Assembly (NCBI RefSeq): GCF_030144855.1
Contig: NC_082712.1
Location: 89,962,001-90,026,000, forward strand
DNA from: Hypanus sabinus
Taxonomy: Eukaryota
Reading direction: 5' to 3'
Length of the DNA stretch: 64,000 bases
Numbering within the stretch: position 1 is the stretch's first letter; each line of letters starts with the position of its first letter. The notes beneath the pieces are model-generated. The model had not been told where the DNA came from and did not search any database. It saw only the letters and a list, made by a program, of their open reading frames with translations. The position numbers were made by a program, and so were the translations under genes. Of the stretch, positions 11,996 to 24,699 are shown piece after piece.

Positions 11996-14328
11996 ATGAG
12001 AACTCCCGAATGTGTCATCTCATTGGACGCCAAGAAAGCATTCGATAGAGTTGAATGGCCATACTTATTTAGTACGCTTAAGAAATTTAATTTTAGCCCG
12101 CAATCTATATCTTGGATTAAATTGACATATTATACCCCTATTGCTTCGGTACTTACTAATAATATAAGATCTCCGTTTTTCACTTGTTTTGTGGCACTAG
12201 GCAAGGCTTTAGCCCATTGTTATTTGATATTGCCCTGGAACCTCCAGCTATTGCTATTCGTGATTCACCTACTAGGTATTTCTCGTGGGAATGTGATACA
12301 TATGTTATCATTATATGCAGGTGATTTGTAACTATATATTTCGAATCCTGAGAAATCCATTCCTGCTATTATATCCTTGCTTGCTCAGTTTAGTAGCTTT
12401 TCTGGTTACAAACTGAATCTTTATGAGAGTGAACTTTTCCCTTTTATAGACCTTTACCATTTAGATTAGTTATGGATTATTTTAATTATCTAGGTGTTAA
12501 AATCACTAAAAAACATAAGAATTTATTTAATGTCAGTTTTTTACCTTTAATAGATCAGGTCAAACAATCGCTTACTAAATGTTCTTCACTGTCTATATCA
12601 CTAATTGATCGAGTTAATGCTATTAAGGTGATTATTTTACCTAAATTTTTACATCTTTTCCAAATGGTACCAATCTTTCATCCTAAATCCCTTTTTTGAT
12701 ACTATTGACTCTAAAATTTTGTCTGATATATGGCAAAATAAAAATTCTAGGTTAAGTAAAAAATACTTGCAAAAATCCAAAAAGAACAGCGGCTTGGCAC
12801 TGCCAAATTTAAGATTTTATTATTGGGCAAGTAATATTCGATATTTAATATTTTGGACACAAAATGTGGATATTAATATCAGTCTGAATGGTTTAAACGA
12901 ATGTAATTCTGCATAAGGATTTTCATTGGTTTCAATCTTACGGACTTCGCTTCCCTTTGTTCTTTCTAAATTCAGTAAACAAATGGTTAATCCAATAATT
13001 AAACATACATTACGAATATGGTTTCAATTTTGTAAATTTTTTGGCTTGAATAAATTTATTTTATCAAGTCCTATTATATCTATTTTTTCTTTCAACCCTC
13101 TGTTATGGATCAAGCCTTTTTGGTATGGAAAATGAAGAGTATAATATGTTCTCGTGATTTATTTCTGGATAACTGTTTCATGTCTTTTGAACAGTTGTCT
13201 AATAAATATAATTTGCCCAGATCTCATATTTTTAGATGCTTACAGAGCAGAGATTTTTAAATACGATGCTACCTACTTTTCTGATTTCTTATCCAACCAA
13301 TATCACAGAAAAAAAATTGGGCTTAAACCCTTATCAAATAGCAATCATTTCTGACATGATTATGAAAATACAGTCAGATATATCTGATAAAATCAAAAAT
13401 AAATGGGAGAAGGAACTTAAATTTTCTTTACCTATCGAGAAATGGGAGAAAAATTTTCAATTTGTTAACTTATCTTCTACTTGTGCTAAACATACATTGA
13501 CTCAATTTAAAGTGGTGTATAGGGCTCATATGTCTAAAGATCAATTAGCTCATTTTTACTCTCATATAAATCCGATCTGCGATAGATGTCATTCTGAGGT
13601 AGCCTCTCTTACTCATATGTTTTGGTTTTGTCCTCCTTTGGAAAAATTTTGGAAAAATGTTTTTGATACATTCTCTATAGTTTTGCACATTGATTTACAA
13701 CCTCACCTTACCACTGCAATTTTCAATTTACCAATGATTGCTCTGCCCTCTTCAGCTCGGCAGATGATTGCATTTGTTACTTTAAAGGCTAGAAGATCTA
13801 TTTAATTGAATTGGAAAGAGATGAATCCCCCAACTACATCTCAATGGTTTCCCCAAACCAAATCCTGTTTAAACTTAGAAAAAATTGGAAGTGGTACCTT
13901 TGATCCTTTCGTTAAATTTGAAGAAACTTGGAGGCCATTTGTTCAATACTTTCATTGAATATAATTTGACCTTTTCCGATTCCTTTATATTATTTACTAA
14001 TTTGAGTAGAGGAGTGGAGTTGATGACATTAATGTCTTTATCCGATATAATAGAATAGCCCAGTTTAGTTTGGTTTAGTTTTATTTTTGTTTAGTTTAGT
14101 TTACTTTGTTTCTGATTTTTCATTTGGTGTTCTTTTTCCATCTTTTAATTTCTTTGTATCTTGTCTATATTAAGAGTTTGGGAGGTCAATTATATTGGTG
14201 TTACCTATAGTTACCTATAGTTTCTACTCACATGTGTTAATTGTCAACAATGTACTCCCACTCCCTTTGTACTATTATGACTGCTATGTATTTGTCTTTG
14301 AAAATTTAATTAAAAAGTTGAAAAAGAG
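11996..14328 (+). mobile_element. L1 family A 3' half (RT, C-terminus, 3'UTR)
   Basis: RTPECVISLDAKKAFDRVEW, LSLYAGDL, GLALPNLRFYYWA, ICDRCHSEVASLTHMFWFCP; A-rich end at about 14328. Confidence 0.88.
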
Positions 14329-15176
14329 ATAGTCTCCCAGACAGCTATAAAAGTCAGCTTGATATTCTTTGGAATTTTGCAAAATGAGGGGATCTTTATC
14401 GAGACATCTTGGGAAGACAGATTTCCACCAGTGGGAGAAACCTGAATGAGAGAATGGAGTTACTTTAAATAGGACTATTGAAACGTTCCCTTGAATGACA
14501 AGACAGGTTCTTGCCCTTGTAACCTACCTCATTGCAGTCTTGTGCCTTTATTTTTGTCTGTAGCTGTTATACTTCATTCAATGGTTCAGTTGTTCCATTT
14601 AACATCAAGAAATGTATACAATATACAATGTGAGACATCCACAAAATGGAAGAAATATCCCAAAGAATGGATGACAGAAAAAAAAGTTAGAACCCCAAAG
14701 CCCCATTTCCCCCTCCTATGACTTCTTTATCGCTGCATCAATATGTTTGAACCAGGTTAGGTCCTCAGAGATATTAACACCCAGGAACTAGAAATTGCTC
14801 ACTCTCTCCACTTCTGATCCCTCTGTGAGGACTGGTGTGTATATCCAAACCTCTCCGGTTGTTCCAATCGGTTTGTTATTGTCACACGTACACTGAAAAG
14901 CTTGTCTTCCATACTGCAATTGGAATTGAACTTGGTTTCTTGTTGTCACAGTTCAACACATCACGGAAACCTGCCTCCCTCTCTAGACTCTGGCTACACT
15001 TCCCACTGCCTCGGTAAAGCAGCCAGCGCCTCCTGTGAAATCCGGTGCCTCTCCTCTGACGGTTCCCTGTTCCCTCAGTACCGCCAGCCTAGATCAAACC
15101 TCTTCTCGAACTGATGATGGTGACTCACTAAGCAGTGAAGGAAGCGGGGAGAGACAATGAAGGTCCGTCAGCTTAC

Positions 15177-15317
15177 CTCTGATTTGCATTAGATGTAACC
15201 AGAGAATGGAGCCCAGCACTGCCTGTGAACTTCCAAGGCAGCCCATTGCCCAGTACAGTGACGATCAGAGAGGGCACAGGCTCTCCGAGGAGCTTCCTAG
15301 CATCAGGTCCTTACCAT
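15177..15317 (-). pseudogene. Putative 141-nt phase 2-2 exon of an unidentified gene, with in-frame stop (duplicate copy)
   Basis: Acceptor ttcttttactcag, donor AG/gtaagc; reads W*GPDARKLLGEPVPSLIVTVLGNGLPWKFTGSAGLHSLVTSNANQ. Confidence 0.45.
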
Positions 15318-15483
15318 CTGAGTAAAAGAATTTATACCAGGGTTTCTGAAGGTCTGCAACCTCCCACAAAGTATGATGAAAGGCTTTGCACGTCAGCTTT
15401 TGCCTTTCATTGGCTGTGACTCATCAAAAGCCACAAGAGATCTGATCTTATCATTATCTTAGGACTGCTTTCTGAAACGGTTC

Positions 15484-16215
15484 ATCACTTACTTACTTAC
15501 TGCCCATTATAGCGTTGGTGTCTGGGGCGGCTATGAAGGTCTTCTGTCCTTTACGGTGTTCAGTGCTGCCTTCATTGTGTCAGTGGCTTCCTCTTGATTT
15601 TCCCCCTTACGAGTCATGCAAGTCCCGGGGGGTGGGGGCAGACCCAGGAATACTATCACACTCAGGTGTGGCCAGCCGGTGATGTAGAGGCATCTGTACT
15701 GGACTTTGAGGTGAACGGCGCTGGATTTGAATCCGGCCAGCTCCTTGCACGCTTTCCATCGTGCTGGGTTGAGTGTCGAGCTAGCAGCTCAGCCTCATAA
15801 AAAATCAGCCAAGGTGCTAAGGAAATGGCAGAAAATGCCGACCGATGTGCCACAAGTTGTGGAAAGGGGCAACAACAGATGTAGAAGGATTCTTCATTGC
15901 TCTGTCAGTAAAAAAATTGCTTTACAAGTCAGGGTTATTTGCACTGAGGTGTTCAGCTGAACCTGGAGGAACAGTGGACCAGCCTTAGTCTGGCCTCTGC
16001 CCTTTGACTTGTTTGGAATGGGTGACCCTGCTGGAGCCAAAGCATAAAACTCCACCTCTAACCAACATAGCTCTCCAGGTCATTATGGCATGCAAACCTC
16101 CAAACCTTACAAAGAGGTTGTGGTTCTCCTGGAGGAAGCACTTCATCAGGGGGCAAATTATTGCAGATGCCAGCAATCCAAAGTAAAAACATGAAATAGC
16201 TAAATCTCTTATGCT
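15484..16215 (-). mobile_element. Non-autonomous RTE-like LINE derivative (paralog at ~29445-30180)
   Basis: (TAAG)n 3' tail on the minus strand; 5' region matches the + strand copy at 19695-20110. Confidence 0.55.
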
Positions 16216-16296
16216 GCAGTTGCGTAAGTCATCAGTGAGCAAAGGGGTGACAGAAATAGAGGATGATGCTGCATATTAGCAACTTTTAAAACCCCT

Positions 16297-16815
16297 CTAG
16301 TGGCCACTTTATTAGATCCCTCCAGGCCACTGAGAGTTTGTTTGTGGTCTTCTGCTGCTGTAGCCCACCCGTCCACTCCAATGTTCAGCGTGTTGTACAT
16401 TCAGAGATGCTCTTCTGCCTACCTCTATTGTAACACATGGTATCTTAACTTGCTGTCAGCTGGAAACAGTTTGCCATTCTGCTCTGACCTCTCTCATTAA
16501 CAAGGCAATTTTGCCTACAGAACTGTTGCTCACTGGATCGTTTTGTTTGTTTTCATCACCGTTCACCAGAAACTCGAGAGAATGCTGTCTGTGCAGATCT
16601 CAGATCAGCAGTTTCTGAGATACTCAAACTGCCCCGTCTGGCACAACAATCATTCCAAGGTCAAAGTCACTTAGATCACATCTTTTCCCCATTCTGATGC
16701 TTTGTCAGAACTTCTTGACCATGTCTGCATGTTTTTATGCATTGAGTTGCAGCCACGTAATTGGCTGGTCAGATATTTGTATTAACAAGCAGGTACCTAA
16801 TAAAGTGGCCATATC
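16297..16815. mobile_element. Tc1-like non-autonomous DNA transposon
   Basis: Inverted ends agtggccacttttattag / cctaataaagtggcca; related copies at about 30183-30556, 43380-43860 and 61880-62378. Confidence 0.7.
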
Positions 16816-16852
16816 AGTACATGGATAGAAGAGAAGGAGAACAGACAGCCCA

Positions 16853-17540
16853 CAGTACTTTGCAAAAGTCTTAGGCACACATATATAAAGCTATGCTGCC
16901 TAAGACAATTCCACAGTACAGTAGTAATTTTATGTATTACACTGTACTGCTGCAACAAAAACAAACAAAGTTTCATGATATATGTGAGTGATGATAACCC
17001 TGATTGTGATATGGGCTTTATTATAGACTGAGTGTGGGAAGGGAGCAGGGAGAGGGGAACCATGTTTGGAAAAGGAGAAGGGAGAGGAAAAGGAGCAGGA
17101 AGCAGCAGAGAGACATTCTGTAATGATCAATAAGCTAATTGTTTAAATTCAGATGCCTGGTGTCTCAGGGCTGTGTGTGTCCGACCCACGCCACCACCCC
17201 CTCCAGCCCTGGCGCTCCTCCTCTGCCAGCTGTGTCACAGCACCTCCAGCAGCACTCCACCATCACCATTCTGCAATGGGGGGCAAGGTCATTTTATTCC
17301 AAACAACTGGGTTATTGATCATTACAGAATGTCTCTTTGGAGCTTCCCTCTCCCTTCCCCTTTTAGCAAACATGATTCCCCTCTCCCTGCCCCCTTCCCA
17401 CTCTCGGTCTACAATAGAAACCCATATCAGAATCGGGTTTATCATCACTCACTTACTTTGCAGCAGCAGCAGTACAGTTCAGTACATAAAATTACTACAA
17501 TAGTTTCCAAAACCATGCAACTTATGATATGTGCCTAAGA
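16853..17540. mobile_element. Tc1/mariner-type MITE with truncated right TIR
   Basis: Left TIR cagtactttgcaaaagtcttaggcac; right end gtgcctaagac is cut by a Penelope fragment. Confidence 0.75.
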
Positions 17541-17990
17541 CGGTTGAAGACTGGAGAAGGGCTCATTGGTGGGGGTAGGAGAGTCCTTGCCAAAGAAATA
17601 AACTCGGAGATGGAGACGGCAGATGAAGAGTTCAGAGTCATGGCATACACGGATCTCGCCGAGGTGTGGGCGAAGGGGGACAAAGGTGAGGCCCTTACTG
17701 AGGACAGAGCGCTCTGCCTCAGAGAGTTGAAGGTCGGAGGGAATGGTAAAGACCCGGCACGGATGAGAGATGGGATCAGAGGGGGGAGGGAGGCTGGTAG
17801 TGTCAGTGGAGAGGGAAGTGTGGTCAGAGGAAGATGGAGCCTCTGAGGCCCAGGAGCTGAGGGAGAGGGGATTGCATCATGGTGGTGGGGGAAGGGGAGA
17901 CGGGAGTCACAATCGCGGCATGTGAAGACCCGGCCTGGGGTTCAAGGCTGGAGACGCAGTCGGTGGTTGCACAATCTCTTTGAAGCTGTC
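17541..17990 (-). mobile_element. Penelope-like retroelement ORF fragment
   Basis: Minus-strand frame GLTFVPLRPHLGEIRVCHDSELFICRLHLRVYFFGKDS resembles the N-terminal region of vertebrate Penelope-like ORFs. Confidence 0.7.
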
Positions 17991-18570
17991 CATGGTCACT
18001 GGAACCTGCACTGACGGTGCTGGAGTCTGGATTTTCAATATGCCCTGGGTTGCTGGGGCAGCCGAGATCGACAGCCGGGGCCAATCCATGGTCACTGGAA
18101 CCCGCGTTGACAGTGCTGGAGTCCGGGTTGTGAATATGCCCTGGGTTGCTGGGGCAGCCGAGATCGCCAGCCGGGGCCAATCCAAGGTCACTGGAACCCG
18201 CGTTGATGGTGCTGGAGTCTGGGTTTTGAATATGCCCTGGGTTGCTGGGGCAGCCGAGATCGACAGCCGGGGCCAATCCATGGTCACTGGAACCCACGTT
18301 GATGGTGCTGGAGTCTGGGTTTTGAATATGCCCTGGGTTGCTGGGGCAGCCGAGATCGATGGCCGGGGTGAATCCAGGGTCACTGGAACCCACGTTGATG
18401 GTGCTGGAGTCTGGGTTTTCAATATACCCTGGGTTGCTGGGGCAGCCGAGATCGACGTCCAGGGCGAATCCATGGTCACTGGAACCTGCGTTGATGGTGC
18501 TGGAGTCTGGGTTTTGAATATGCCCTGGGTTGCTGGGGCAGCCGAGATCGACGGCCAGGGCCAATCCATG
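17991..18570. repeat. Minisatellite, 6 x 96-bp unit
   Basis: GTCACTGGAACC recurs at 17995, 18091, 18187, 18283, 18379 and 18475. Confidence 0.97.
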
Positions 18571-18589
18571 GCCGTTGGATCAGCTAGGG

Positions 18590-19460
18590 CTGATTGGCAG
18601 AAGGCAGAGAGTGGGAATGAAGCAAACATTTTTTGCTTGGCTGCCAGTGACTAGTGGTGTTCCACAGGGTTCTGTGTTGCGACAGTTTCTTTTTATGTTG
18701 TATGTCAATGATTTGGATGATGGAGCTGATGGCTTTGCTGAAATGTTTGCAGACAATATGAAGCTAGTTGGAGGGGCAGGTAGTTCTGAAGAAGTGAAGA
18801 GGCTACAGAAGGACTTAGATGGGTTAGGAGAGTGGCAAAGAAGTGGCAGATGGAATACAGTGTCAGGAAGACATGTAGAAGAAATGAAAGGATTGACTAT
18901 TTTCTAAATGGAAACAAAATACAAAAACTGAGATGCAAAGTGTCCTTGTGTAGGATTCCCGAAAGGTTAATTTGCAGGTTGAGTTGTTGGTGACGAAGGT
19001 AAATGTGACGTTAGCATTCATTTCAAGAAGACCAGAATATAAAAGCAAGGATGTAATGTTGAAACTTTATGAAGCAGTAGTGAGCCCTCACTTAGAGTAT
19101 TGTGAGCAGGTTTGGGCCCTTTAGCTAAGAAAGGCTGGCATTGGAGACGATCCAGAGCATGTTGACGCAAGTGATTCTGGCAATGAATGGGTTAACATGT
19201 GAGGAGCATTTGATGGCTTTGAGCCTATAGTCACTGGAATTCAGAAGAATGAGGGGTGACCTCATTGAAACCTTTTGAATAGTAAAAGCCTTGGAGAGGA
19301 TGTTTCCTGTGATGGGAGAGTCTAAGACCAGGGGAAGCTGCCTCAGAATAGGGGGGTGTCCTTTTGGAATGGAGATGAGGAGGAATTTCTTTGGCCAGTG
19401 AGTGATGAATCTGTGGAATTCTTTGCCACAGGCACCTGTCATAGAAAATAAGGTGCAAGA
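18590..19460 (+). mobile_element. CR1 LINE RT 3' fragment
   Basis: VTSGVPQGSVL, YVNDLDDG, FADNMKL; paralog at 32105-33000. Confidence 0.9.
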
Positions 19461-19694
19461 GGTAGATTGTGAGGTCAGAAGTCCTAGAAGCTGTCCTTGA
19501 GCTTTCAGACGTTTGCACCTCCTGCCTGATGGGAAAGGGGAGAAGAGAATATCTGGGGTGGGTGGGGTCATTGATTATGCTGCCATTGAGAAATGGAGAC
19601 AGAGTCTATGGAATGGAGGCTAGTTTCCACAACTATCTACAATTTCCAAGAGCAGTTTCCATACTGAGATGTGACAGATTCCTGTCCTTTGAGA

Positions 19695-20110
19695 GAGAGC
19701 AGAGCTCCTGCCTCCGCAAAGTGGACCACAACCTTGTTGCAGGGTTTGGAGCCTTGCGTGCCTCAATGACCCAGAGACCTATGTTGACTGGAGTCAGGGC
19801 TTTATGCTTTGGCTCTTGGTAGGGTCACCCAAGCCAAACAAGTCAAAGGGGAGAGGCCAGACTAAGAGTGGTTCACTAGTCCTCCAGGTTCGGGGGTTCA
19901 GCTCAGGGCTAACAACCCTGACTGGTAAAACAAAATTGTTACGGAATCATCAATGAAGGATGCTTCTATATCTGAGGTGACAGTATTCCCGAGTCTCCAC
20001 CCAGAACTTGCATAACTGACCATAGTGAAAACTGAGAGGAAGCTGCTGACATGATGAAGGAAGCCCTGAACACCACCAGAGATTCATTGCTGCCCTAAAA
20101 ACCAGCGGTG
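19695..20110 (+). mobile_element. RTE-like LINE 5' fragment
   Basis: ggttcagctcagggctaacaaccctgactggtaaaac motif; reverse complement of part of the 15484-16215 element. Confidence 0.5.
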
Positions 20111-21466
20111 TAACACACAGTAAGTTGAGGTCCTGTCAATGTGGCCCAGCAATCACAGTTCTCCCTCAAGCATCAGGAGAGCTGCTTGCCAATACCTTGT
20201 GCATATGAATTGGTCCCATGCTCGCCACTTGCCAGCTAGTGAGTAACCTGGGGAAATGTCATTTACCAGAAGATGGCTTAACCATAACGTGTGCTCCGCA
20301 TTACGTGGTATGAGCCTCGAATATTTGTACAATAACAGCTTTGCAGGTCAGACTCGCATTGATCATGACCACAAGAATTGCTTGAAAATGTATTTAGCAC
20401 AGGAAAGAGCTTGCAACATTGGGCTAACAGTTTTTGTTAACCCAGCCCTATCTTTGTTTGAATCTTTCGAGTGTGTTCTAGTTGAGTAGATCTTTCATAC
20501 GCCCTGTTAAAGTAGGTTTCAAGATAAGACGTGCTGTGCCTCGCCATTTCGCTGGGCAGCCGAAGGCTTCTCTGGTTTTCTCAATGTCAGCTCAGTACCT
20601 GTTGTCTGATCATGCAGATGCCAGTGAGTGAAGCTCCGAAATCTCACAGCATCAAATCTCACTCTGGACTGAACATAGAACTTTAGGGGCCCTTTAGCCC
20701 ACAACGTTGTGTTGACTCATTAGCCGACTCCAAGATCAGTCTAACTTTTTCCTCCTGCACAACCCTCTACTTTTCTTTCATTGATGTGCTATCTAAGTGG
20801 CCGTCACTCAGAGGATGGTGCAAACTTCAGGATGTATATTGTATACATTTCTCTAACATTAAATGTACCTATTGAAAGCTATTGAATGTGGAAAGAGTTG
20901 TTAGCGGAGTGGTGAATGCAGGATGAATTGCAACATTTAAGAGAAATTTGGATATGTACGTGGATGGGAGTGGTATACAGGGCTATGGTCCAGGTGCAGG
21001 TCGATGGGACTAGGCAGAAGAATAGTGTAGTTCAGCATGGACTAGATGGACCAAAGGGCCTATTTCAGTGCTGTAGTTCTCTATGACTCTGTGACTTTGA
21101 CCTTAATGTATGTCTCTCTATCGCCAATTCTGGCAGCGTGTTGCACACACCCACCAATTTCTGTGTAGAAAAAGACGCTACCTCTCACATCTCCCCTCCA
21201 AACAACTCAAAGTTATGCCTCTTGTATCTGCCCAAGGAAACAAAGTCTCTGGCTGTCCATTCATTCTAAGCCTTTTATCATCTTGTATGGGCCTATTAAG
21301 TCATCTCTCATCTTCCTTACCTCCAAAGAGAAAAACACTGGCTTGCTCAACCTATCCTCATAAGACATTCACTCTAATCCAGGCAGCATCCTGGTAAACC
21401 GTCTCTAAAGCTTCCACACCTTATTCCTTGAGGAACACAGTGGGTCTAAATTGAAAGTGATAGTTA

Positions 21467-21650
21467 GGGTGGCCTGGTAACATAGTGGTTAGCTCAATGC
21501 TGTACAACACCAGTGACCCAGGTTCAGTTCCTGCTGCTGCCTGTAAGCAGTTTGTACGTTCTCTCTGTGACCATGTGGGTTTCCTCCAGATGCTCCAGTT
21601 TCTCCCAGAGTCCAAAGAACGACTGGCTGGTAGGTTCATTGGTCAGTGCA
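21467..21650 (+). mobile_element. tRNA-derived V-SINE (HE1-like)
   Basis: A/B-box-like head followed by core tgggtttcctccagatgctccagtttctcccagagtccaaag. Confidence 0.7.
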
Positions 21651-22285
21651 TTTGACTTCCTCACCACCGACTCAACCGGCAAGTTAACCTTTAGGGTGTT
21701 CTACACAAGGACTCCCATCTCTCTTAGCATCTCAGATTTCTGGATTTTCTCCCTACTTGGAAAATAGTCTGCACATTTATTTCTACTATTAAAGTGCATG
21801 ACCATGTATTTTCCAACAATGTATTTCATTTGCCACTGTCTTGCCCATTCTCCTAAACTATCTAAGTCCTTCTGCAGTTTTCCTGTTTCCTCAACACTAC
21901 CTGACCACCCCCTCCCCCACCACCAATTTTCATATCATCTATAAACTTGGTGACAATGCCATCTATTCCATTATCTAAATCATTTATATACAGCACTAAA
22001 AGAAGCAGTCCCAACACTGATCCCTGTGGAACACCACTAATCACTGGCAGCCAACTAAACAAGGATCACTTTATTCCCACTCGCTGCCTCGAACCAATCA
22101 GCCAATGCCCTAACCATGCCAGTAACTTTCCTGTAATACTGACTTGGTAAGCAGCTTCATATATGGCACCTTGTCAAAGGCCTTCTGAAAGTACAAATAT
22201 ACAACATCCACTGCACCCCCTTTATCTATCCTACTTGTAATCTCCTTAAAGAATTCCAGCAGGTTCATTGGCAGGATTTTCCCTA
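21650..22285 (-). mobile_element. CR1 LINE RT fragment
   Basis: Minus strand WLPVISGVPQGSVLG..YINDLDNG. Confidence 0.85.
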
Positions 22286-22288
22286 ACA

Positions 22289-22590
22289 TATGAGGGGAGA
22301 TTGATAAGTTTATGGCCTAGGGTGAAGAAGTCAATTTTAGAAAACCTAGCACATTTATTTTTCAACATAGTCCCCTCCTACATTTACACACTTAGTCCGG
22401 CGGTCGTGGAGCATATGGATCTTGGACCTCCAGAAAGTGTCCACAGCAGGGGTGATTGATAAGTTCGTGGCCTAAGGTAGAAGGAGATGAGTTATTAACT
22501 TCAAACTTTCTGCATAATCACTCAAAGAGTTGAACAGGATGTGCGTGTAACGAGAGCTGTATAACTCATCTCCTACCTTAGGCCACATTG
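22289..22590. mobile_element. Mariner-type non-autonomous element (MITE)
   Basis: TA-tgagggg...gataagtttatggcctag end, internally repeated at about 22448-22480, with inverted ccttaggccac at about 22577. Confidence 0.6.
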
Positions 22591-23379
22591 ATTGTGTATT
22601 TTTAGGCTCTTGTACCTCTTCCGGAATATTCCATGGTGAGGGCCCTTAATGCTATTCACCATTGCTATGCCCTCGTAATTTTATAAATCTGTAAGGTGAT
22701 CCCATCAGCTTCCTACACTCCAGGAAATCAAACAGCCCCAGCCCATCCTGTTTATCCCTGTAACTCAAGCCCCCAATCCTGGGAACATCCTCATGAATCT
22801 TTTCTGCTCTCTTTCCACCCTAATGACATCGTTGGGAGAGCTGGGTGACCAGGACTGCACACAGCACTCTGAGAGGGGTCTCACCAATGTCCTACTGGTT
22901 GTCACAGTCATTGCTGGCACAACTCTGTTACAGTCAACGCTGGCAACGACTCGACCCAGGAGCGGAGGAACGGCAGACGCTCGTGTTCAGCTTCAAGCAG
23001 TCTATCATAAACAACAGAAAATCTATGAGGAAGCAACGCTTTCAAAAAATGTCCAATGTAGTAATAGAATGCAGGAAACCCGTGCCAGTCTCATTTCACT
23101 TGATAAGATTAAACAGAAAGCACCAGGGTTTAACGACACTAATTGAGACAACAATTTAGCAAAAACAGGTGCACAAGAAACCCAGGAGCCCAATGCCCTA
23201 CAGTAAGTCACAGAGACCTGCAGGGCTCATAACACTGACATTCTTTAATCTCTTATGAAAATGTTTCAGTTAACTTTAAAAAAATGTCGTGCTTTCCCGA
23301 GGAAGTGTCTCTTTGTATCTCAGATGAGACATTGACACCTCTTCTCACAGCCGGTTGCAAAAAAGACCGAGTAGATAGC

Positions 23380-24030
23380 CAGCAGTAAGTTCAGTGTTCG
23401 GTTCCCATTGCTGTCCTTAAGGAGATTGTATGCTCTCCCTGTGACTGTGTGAGTTTCCTCCGGATGCTCCAGTTTCCTCCCACATTCCAAAGGCGTACGA
23501 GTTAGAGTTAGTGAGTTGTGGGCATGCAGTGTTAGTGCCAGAAGCACGGCAACAATTGCGAGATTTACCCCAGCACGCCCCCGGGCTGGGTTGGCTGTTA
23601 ACGCAATGCAATGCATTTCACTGTATTTCACTGAATCTCGCAGTTCAACGTTTGGATGTACATGTGACAAATAAAGCTAACTTTTCATAAGACGGAATTG
23701 TGTGGCCAGGGCATAATCTTAAGGTGATTGGTGGGAAACAATAGGAGGGGTTGCACAGTAGTGCAGTGGTTAGCACAGTGCTAGACAGTACAGTTGACCC
23801 AGGTTCAATTCCCACCGCTGTCTGTAAGGAGTCTGTACATTCTTCCCGTGATCGCATGGGTTCCCTCCAGGTGCTCTCGTTTATTCCCACAGTCCAAAGG
23901 TTGGTAGGTTAACTGGTCATTGTGATTAAGCTCGTGACCGCATGGGTAGCACAGCTCAAAGGCCAGAAGAGCTTATTCCATGTGGTATCTCAATAAATAA
24001 ATAAATAAATAAATAAATAGATAAAGGGTA
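23380..24030 (+). mobile_element. Two V-SINE copies (~23380-23690 and ~23745-24030)
   Basis: Core gtttcctccggatgctccagtttcctcccacattccaaag; the second copy ends in (AAAT)n. Confidence 0.7.
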
Positions 24031-24699
24031 TCTTGAGAGTGGTAAGTGGGTGGAACACCCTGGTAATGGTAAAGGCAGATACATTCTGAACATCAAACAC
24101 AAGCAAATCTGCAGATGCTGGAAATTCAAACAACACACACAAAATGCCGGTGGAACACAGCAGGCCAGGCAGCATCTATAAGGAGAAGCACTGTCGACGT
24201 TTTGGGCCGAGACCTTCGTCAGGACTGGCAAAGGGTCTCGGCCTGAAACATTGACAGTGCTTCTCCTTATAGATGCTGCCTGGCCTGCTGTGTTCCACCA
24301 GCATTTTGTGTGTGTTATTTACATTATAAACATTTCAGAAACTCTTAGGTGGGCACGTGGGTGACATAAAAATGGAGGGCTATGGGCCAGATTGATCTGA
24401 GATTAGGTTCAGAGATTGACACAACATTGTGGGTTGAAGGACTATTGTGCTCTATGTTCCATGTTCTAAAGTGTACAATGGTTGCTAATCACAAAAACCT
24501 GGGTTTAATTTTATTTTGTAACAAACAAGCTAATTATTATCATATTGGCATTTAAAACTTGAAATTTCACCAGCTCACACCTCCTCTGTTCCAAATATAG
24601 ACAATCTTACCCCATCCAGTCCTTCCTCCCAATAACCTGGTGACTTCCTAGTAAACCTCCTACTCAAGTTCCGAAGGTCACCACACCCAGAGTTTGTGG

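Larger units (their letters stand above)
14335..19460 (+). repeat. Segmental duplication, copy 1 (paralogous to ~28255-33000)
   Basis: Colinear unique sequence, RTE-like element, two MITEs and CR1; offset is 13958 bp in the core; ORF 15225-15419 is identical to ORF 29183-29377. Confidence 0.93.

Noticed and set aside
15177-15246. Minus-strand signal-peptide-like MGCLGSSQAVLGSILWLHLMQIR with a phase-1 donor
   Set aside because: No downstream in-frame exon exists; a different frame of the same exon fits splicing with the 31422-31642 exon better.
17991-18570. CRISPR-like array
   Set aside because: The 96-bp units are contiguous with no unique spacers, and the context is eukaryotic.
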